From: a virus
Lineage: Duplodnaviria > Caudoviricetes
Reading direction: 5' to 3' (one strand)
Length of the DNA: 28,542 nt
IMG/VR virus record: IMGVR_UViG_3300020365_000095
Location: 1 to 28,542 of that record
The position numbers and the translations under genes were made by a program. Shown one piece after another: positions 24,885 to 28,542 of this stretch (the first letter of the stretch is position 1; each line of letters opens with the position of its first letter). Below the pieces are notes generated by a model. It worked only from the letters and a program-made list of their open reading frames with translations, searched no databases and had not been told where the DNA came from.

Positions 24885-25148
24885 CTATCTCTTAGACCTT
24901 GCCCCACCCCTTTTCATTCCTTTTGCTCTTCTAGCTACTCCGCCTTTGCTATATCCCTTAGCTTTTTTAGTAGCGACTCCACCTTTTTTGTAGCCTTTAG
25001 CTTTCTTCATGGCTGATCCGCCTTTTTTATAACCTTTGGCTTTTTTCATAGCTGTTCCACCTTTCTTCATGTAGCCCATTTTGTTTCTAACAGTTTTAGG
25101 TAATTTACTAAGACCTTTACCTTTATTTCCTGCAGGTACTCTCTTCAT
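24885..25148 (-). CDS. Lys-rich protein of tandem 13-aa repeats ending in xxKGG
   Basis: GYMKKGG-TAMKKAKGYKKGG-SAMKKAKGYKKGG-VATKKAKGYSKGG-VARRAKGMKRGG. Confidence 0.8.
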   Translation of the reverse strand: MKRVPAGNKGKGLSKLPKTVRNKMGYMKKGGTAMKKAKGYKKGGSAMKKAKGYKKGGVATKKAKGYSKGGVARRAKGMKRGGARSKR

Positions 25149-25450
25149 TTCTTTTTTCTCCTTCTAGTAGTTTTTTTCTTTCTTACTATAGTTTTAACGT
25201 TAGTAGGTTTACCGCCTACTCCCTGTGCTTTAGATCTTTTTCTTTTTACAGCACTTTTAATTTGCCCCTTTGACATGCTTCTAGCTTTAGATCTAGGTAC
25301 ACACTTAGGATATTTACGTTTACTTTTAGTAGCAGATTTTCTACCACAAGCTTGAAACTTACCTTTCTTCTTGGGTGCACCTATGTCAACCCAATCTCCT
25401 TTAGGTCCTTTACCAAACCAGGCTGTTAGTCCTCCCTTTGGTTTAGCCAT
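25145..25450 (-). CDS. Small basic protein (101 aa)
   Basis: GGLTAWF...WVDIG...CGRK...YPKCVP; K/R-rich; translationally coupled on both sides. Confidence 0.75.
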   Translation of the reverse strand: MAKPKGGLTAWFGKGPKGDWVDIGAPKKKGKFQACGRKSATKSKRKYPKCVPRSKARSMSKGQIKSAVKRKRSKAQGVGGKPTNVKTIVRKKKTTRRRKKK

Positions 25451-25626
25451 TACCTATAACCACCACCACGTTTTTTATATGTACGAACTAACCATCCATT
25501 AGCATATGCTGACGGATATACTTTAAATTTTCTTTTCGCTTCTGCTTTCACTCTTGCGTATAATGCAGGGTTAGTGGGTGTAGCACCTTTTTTCTTTTTA
25601 GTTTTCTTTTTCTTTTTAGCTGCCAC
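25450..25626 (-). CDS. Small basic protein (58 aa, GTG start; possibly DUF5872-like); absent from ORF track
   Basis: MAAKKKKKTKKKKGATPTNPALYARVKAEAKRKFKVYPSAYANGWLVRTYKKRGGGYR; TAGTG overlap upstream and TAATG overlap downstream. Confidence 0.8.
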   Translation of the reverse strand: MAAKKKKKTKKKKGATPTNPALYARVKAEAKRKFKVYPSAYANGWLVRTYKKRGGGYR

Positions 25627-25805
25627 TAGTTATACCTGCGTAGTAAATGTTCTACACCTCTGTAAGAACCTCGTCTATAACTGACTTTCATTTTTGTTCT
25701 ATCAAGGATATAGTCAGTACCTCTGTATTTCTTTTGAAGACCTTTTCTTATGTCAACTAGAGGGTACTTAATAGTTTTTAAATTTGTTTTGTGTATTCTT
25801 TCCAT
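25626..25805 (-). CDS. Small basic protein with two YRG motifs (DUF4278-like pattern)
   Basis: Start set at 25805 (TAATG coupling); KKYRGTDY and SYRGVEH. Confidence 0.55.
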   Translation of the reverse strand: MERIHKTNLKTIKYPLVDIRKGLQKKYRGTDYILDRTKMKVSYRRGSYRGVEHLLRRYN

Positions 25806-26104
25806 TAGCATTTCCACCTTCTTCTAGCTTGTCTAATACGAGAGTTCGGATTGTTTCTTGTTTTTGCTGAACTTCTCTTCAGTTGTCCTAATGATCTTGC
25901 ACAATAAGACTTCCTTCTTTTCGCAGCCTTACTACCTTTCTTAACTTTGCCAGTAACGGCTGTCTTTAGTTTAGAACCAGGGTTAGCTTTACGATACGCA
26001 GCTACCCCCTTCTTTGTCATACCTGCTCCAGACTTAGTAGGTCTATAGTTTGCACCTTTTCCTTTAGTTGTTCTAGGTATATTTTTAGCTTTCTTTCTTG
26101 CCAT
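25805..26104 (-). CDS. Small basic protein (99 aa)
   Basis: GAGMTKKGVAAYRKANPGSKLK...RRKSYCARS...ARRRWKC; very K/R-rich. Confidence 0.8.
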   Translation of the reverse strand: MARKKAKNIPRTTKGKGANYRPTKSGAGMTKKGVAAYRKANPGSKLKTAVTGKVKKGSKAAKRRKSYCARSLGQLKRSSAKTRNNPNSRIRQARRRWKC

Positions 26105-26261
26105 ATCTTAGTTGCCTTTTAGTATACCACCAAATAAATAATACGTTAAATGGTAATACATAAAAAAACAAATCCCCTTTATTTTCTATTAACGCTACTA
26201 ACCCAATGTATAAACTTGCTACACCAAGTATGCACGCAATAATCTTAAACGCTTCATACAT
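26085..26261 (-). CDS. Two-TM small membrane protein, class II holin-like topology (58 aa); absent from ORF track
   Basis: MYEAFKIIACILGVASLYIGLVALIENKGDLFFYVLPFNVLFIWWYTKRQLRYGKKES: two hydrophobic helices, short charged loop, basic tail. Confidence 0.6.
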   Translation of the reverse strand: MYEAFKIIACILGVASLYIGLVALIENKGDLFFYVLPFNVLFIWWYTKRQLRYGKKES

Positions 26262-26274
26262 CCTTTATCCTGTG

Positions 26275-26416
26275 TGAGGGTGCAGAGTATATCCACACCC
26301 TCGTACCCAGAAGTCTCATTTATCTGATTCAGTCATCTTCCTAGTGGAATCACTGGATCTCAAACAAATTACTATTGACACGAACCTCGCAAGAATAAGG
26401 CCAATGAGTAGAGGGA
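26275..26416 (-). ncRNA. Candidate structured intergenic RNA
   Basis: Relatively GC-rich spacer with CTCATT/AATGAG, GATCCAGT/ACTGAATC enclosing TTCC-ACTA-GGAA, and a GAGGGTGTGGA-TATAC-TCTGCACCCTC hairpin. Confidence 0.4.
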
Positions 26417-26761
26417 CTATGGTTTTTCTTTATCTTTGATAAAATCATACTTCTGGGCAAACCATTCAGGTACTTCACTAGTACTCCAATAACTACCGAT
26501 TTCTTTATCTAATGCTTCTTCAACTTCCTGGAGGGTAGGCACTCTACCCAACTTAGCAATAAAATCTTTGTCCTCACGCATTGCAGCCCTAATATAAAAA
26601 ACTCTGGAATGAGGTAGATGAATGCCTGTTCCCCTTCCACCTTTTATTAAGTGCCTGTAAAACTTCTCTAGTAAGTTAACATACATATCTTTTTTTTGCG
26701 TTTTGTCAAGTTTATTCCTATATCTTTTACCAATCAAGTTTACTGGATATTTTTCAGTCAT
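26417..26761 (-). CDS. Hypothetical protein (114 aa)
   Basis: LLEKFY...IHLPHSRVFYIRAAM...LQEVEEAL; ATGA overlap with the upstream gene. Confidence 0.65.
   Translation of the reverse strand: MTEKYPVNLIGKRYRNKLDKTQKKDMYVNLLEKFYRHLIKGGRGTGIHLPHSRVFYIRAAMREDKDFIAKLGRVPTLQEVEEALDKEIGSYWSTSEVPEWFAQKYDFIKDKEKP
26680..26709 (-). promoter_or_regulatory. Second copy of TTGACAAAAC-N11-ATATGTATGT
   Basis: 20 of 20 fixed positions identical to the copy upstream of MCP, same strand and spacing. Confidence 0.5.
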
Positions 26762-27294
26762 TTCAAACCCCTTAAAATTTTGTTGTTGACAAATCTGAGA
26801 AACCGAGTATAACTGTATCCAACTAAGTTGGTGGGGTTATAATACCCTACCCTCTGTTTATATTCATCTAGTGATTCACTAGGTAAGATGGACAGCACTT
26901 CATTATCCCTTTCAAACTCATATAACCTATCAGCCACTCTATAGAGATCTATTGATGCTGCACTTGATTTAATTAAGTTAGCTTTCATAGATATAATCTC
27001 TACATTACCCTCAACATAACCTTTTTCAGGTATTATTCTATCCAGGGATGGTGAGCTTAGATTCCAACCTTTTCTTTTATCAGTTTTATAAGCTAATTTA
27101 ATCTCTGGAAAGTAGGGACAGTATTCTTTGGCTATAGTTCTCACATAGTCTATATGCAGATTAAACCTAAGTCTCTTAGTTCGTGCTCTATTCTTAGCAC
27201 CTCTCAACATTGTATCTAATTTGTATTCAATAGGATCAGCATTCATTCTTTTCTTATGCCAATTCTTTAAATACTCAGCCTTCCCATTCGTCAT
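26758..27294 (-). CDS. HNH-like (beta-beta-alpha-Me) endonuclease, SLDRI type
   Basis: CPY...SPSLDRIIPEKGYVEGNVEIISMKANLIK. Confidence 0.7.
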   Translation of the reverse strand: MTNGKAEYLKNWHKKRMNADPIEYKLDTMLRGAKNRARTKRLRFNLHIDYVRTIAKEYCPYFPEIKLAYKTDKRKGWNLSSPSLDRIIPEKGYVEGNVEIISMKANLIKSSAASIDLYRVADRLYEFERDNEVLSILPSESLDEYKQRVGYYNPTNLVGYSYTRFLRFVNNKILRGLK

Positions 27295-27302
27295 GAATAC
27301 AT

Positions 27303-27331
27303 ATTGTAAGTTGATTTGTATGTAGTGTCAA
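27303..27331 (-). promoter_or_regulatory. Sigma70-type promoter at the head of the late arm
   Basis: TTGACA-17 bp-TACAAT, ending 8 nt before the ATG at 27294; no SD sequence. Confidence 0.7.
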
Positions 27332-27573
27332 CTTAGTTAACAACATATTCCCTAAAATTATTACAAATACGTAGGTATGAACTGCTTAACATCCGAAATA
27401 CCAAATTTTATGTAAGATAGGTATATACGTACGTAGTGGGGGGCGGTGGCTCATACGCCTGCCTGTGTGTGTAACTCATTGTTATTATGTGTATACAGCG
27501 TTATGCACTTGTTACACACTTGTTACCTGCCAGGATACACAACTTACACACCTTTTACAAACTTTTTGCCAGG

Positions 27574-27787
27574 TGTTGCATAAATAACACAAGCTGACTG
27601 AGGCCGTGTGGGTGTTGTAAATATGTATCTATTTTTTGTTGTAATTTTACAACTAATATTACTTTAGAACCATTCTAAAAAGCATATCCCTTTACTGTTG
27701 TTTAAATACTACACCCCCCATTTTAAAAATGATATTTATAATGTATATATATACTCAATAGCTAAAAAGTGTTTCAATTATGCAACA
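27574..27787. repeat. Five 18-bp quasi-palindromic boxes, TGTTGY-W6-RCAACA-like
   Basis: TGTTGCATAAATAACACA (27574), TGTTGTAAATATGTATCT (27613), TGTTGTAATTTTACAACT (27637), TGTTGTTTAAATACTACA (27696), TGTTTCAATTATGCAACA (27770). Confidence 0.6.
27663..27679. promoter_or_regulatory. Iron control element (ICE; Irr-binding consensus)
   Basis: TTTAGAA-CCA-TTCTAAA is an exact match to the alphaproteobacterial ICE consensus TTTAGAA-N3-TTCTAAA. Confidence 0.6.
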
Positions 27788-28023
27788 TAGCCTTTAAAAC
27801 GATTTTAAAGCCCATAGAAGCAATGTTAACCACCTCAAGTATATTAGTATTAAAAATGTTTAAATTTAATTATTGGCAGAAAACCCTTACTATTTATATA
27901 ATAAATATTACAAAGTTTTACTATTTATATAAATAATTATACTAATTATAAAAAATAGATTAGTCTCTTAAATATTAGTTGGATGTTCCGCTTGTGAATG
28001 TCCCAATATTAAGAGGTGATAAA

Positions 28024-28461
28024 ATGAGAAAATCTCAAAAGGTTTTTAGATTTACCAATAAGCAATTATGCAAAAATCTAATGCGGTTTAATAATGCTTC
28101 TTTGAGTGAAATTCAAAGAAAAGATATTATTAATAAAGCAACTAATTTTGGTACTAGTAAAACTGATAACAATACTATGTATCAATTAATTAAGGATACT
28201 TTGATTAAAGATAAACCCTTTCGTAATATTGCACCACTTGGCAAGCAAATTGAGAAAGCAAGTATTGAAAGCGGTTACCATACAAAAAAGGGTAAATGGG
28301 TATCTACTTTTAGAATATGTTCTAATGAAGAAAAAATTGATTTTAATGGTCTAGGCGTTAAACATCAAACTCATGACGAAAGAATGAGAAATAAAAAGAC
28401 TTTGAAAGCTTATAAGAATACTATTGATAACTTTCATAATATATCTAATCAATCTGATTAG
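28024..28461 (+). CDS. Hypothetical basic protein, probably first gene of the early arm
   Basis: ORF track 27979..28461; better start is ATG 28024 after a GAGGTG RBS; divergent from the late arm. Confidence 0.65.
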   Translation: MRKSQKVFRFTNKQLCKNLMRFNNASLSEIQRKDIINKATNFGTSKTDNNTMYQLIKDTLIKDKPFRNIAPLGKQIEKASIESGYHTKKGKWVSTFRICSNEEKIDFNGLGVKHQTHDERMRNKKTLKAYKNTIDNFHNISNQSD

Positions 28462-28542
28462 ATTTTAAATTCTAGATACTCCAATTTGTGCAGTATCTAA
28501 CAACAAATTTTATTCAAAGCTTTTAGCTATGGATAAAATGCA

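Noticed and set aside
1257-25016. Plus-strand ORFs in the track (e.g. 1257, 1656, 6338, 8033, 9248, 9638, 11599, 14952, 17094, 19119, 21321, 22605, 23806, 24801)
   Set aside because: Antisense shadows of coherent minus-strand genes; mostly non-ATG starts, no RBS, mirror-codon composition.
26370-26416. GGTTCG as a tRNA T-loop
   Set aside because: No T-stem, acceptor stem or cloverleaf could be built.
27794-27808. CtrA box TTAA-N7-TTAA
   Set aside because: The match is real but too likely by chance in this AT-rich tract, and it is equally explained as a degenerate ICE-like palindrome.

Overview
AT-rich fragment of a marine podovirus genome. Gene order and protein types resemble the HMO-2011 / HTVC103P / cobavirus (Zobellviridae-like) phages of Alphaproteobacteria; this assignment comes from recalled family features, not a search. 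Positions 1-27.3 kb hold a late (packaging/morphogenesis) arm on the minus strand, cut off at the left edge. In transcription order it encodes an HNH-like protein, a cluster of small basic proteins, TerS, TerL, portal, a 968-aa internal protein, scaffold, major capsid, decoration protein, tail adaptor, nozzle, a 2436-aa tail fibre with its chaperone, and a large ejection-type protein running off the left edge. A ~730-bp non-coding divergence region then precedes a plus-strand (probably early) gene. Six ORFs missing from the supplied track were read by hand: the left-edge protein, an XhlA-like protein, a lipoprotein, a 2-TM holin-like protein and two small basic proteins. The most notable signals are: (1) a shared [FYM]-x-x-G-G motif in several putative capsid-internal proteins, which sits at the domain borders of the 968-aa protein and may be a processing or targeting system; (2) a perfect Irr iron-control element among five TGTTG-N8-CAACA-like boxes in the divergence region; (3) a gap-free 22-residue Gln/Asn coiled-coil array plus RTX repeats in the ejection protein; (4) an amicyanin-type copper-ligand set in the tail fibre; (5) a covarying RNA motif shared by the scaffold and capsid leaders, and a duplicated non-canonical promoter motif. 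No tRNA, rRNA, CRISPR array, integrase or reverse transcriptase was seen.
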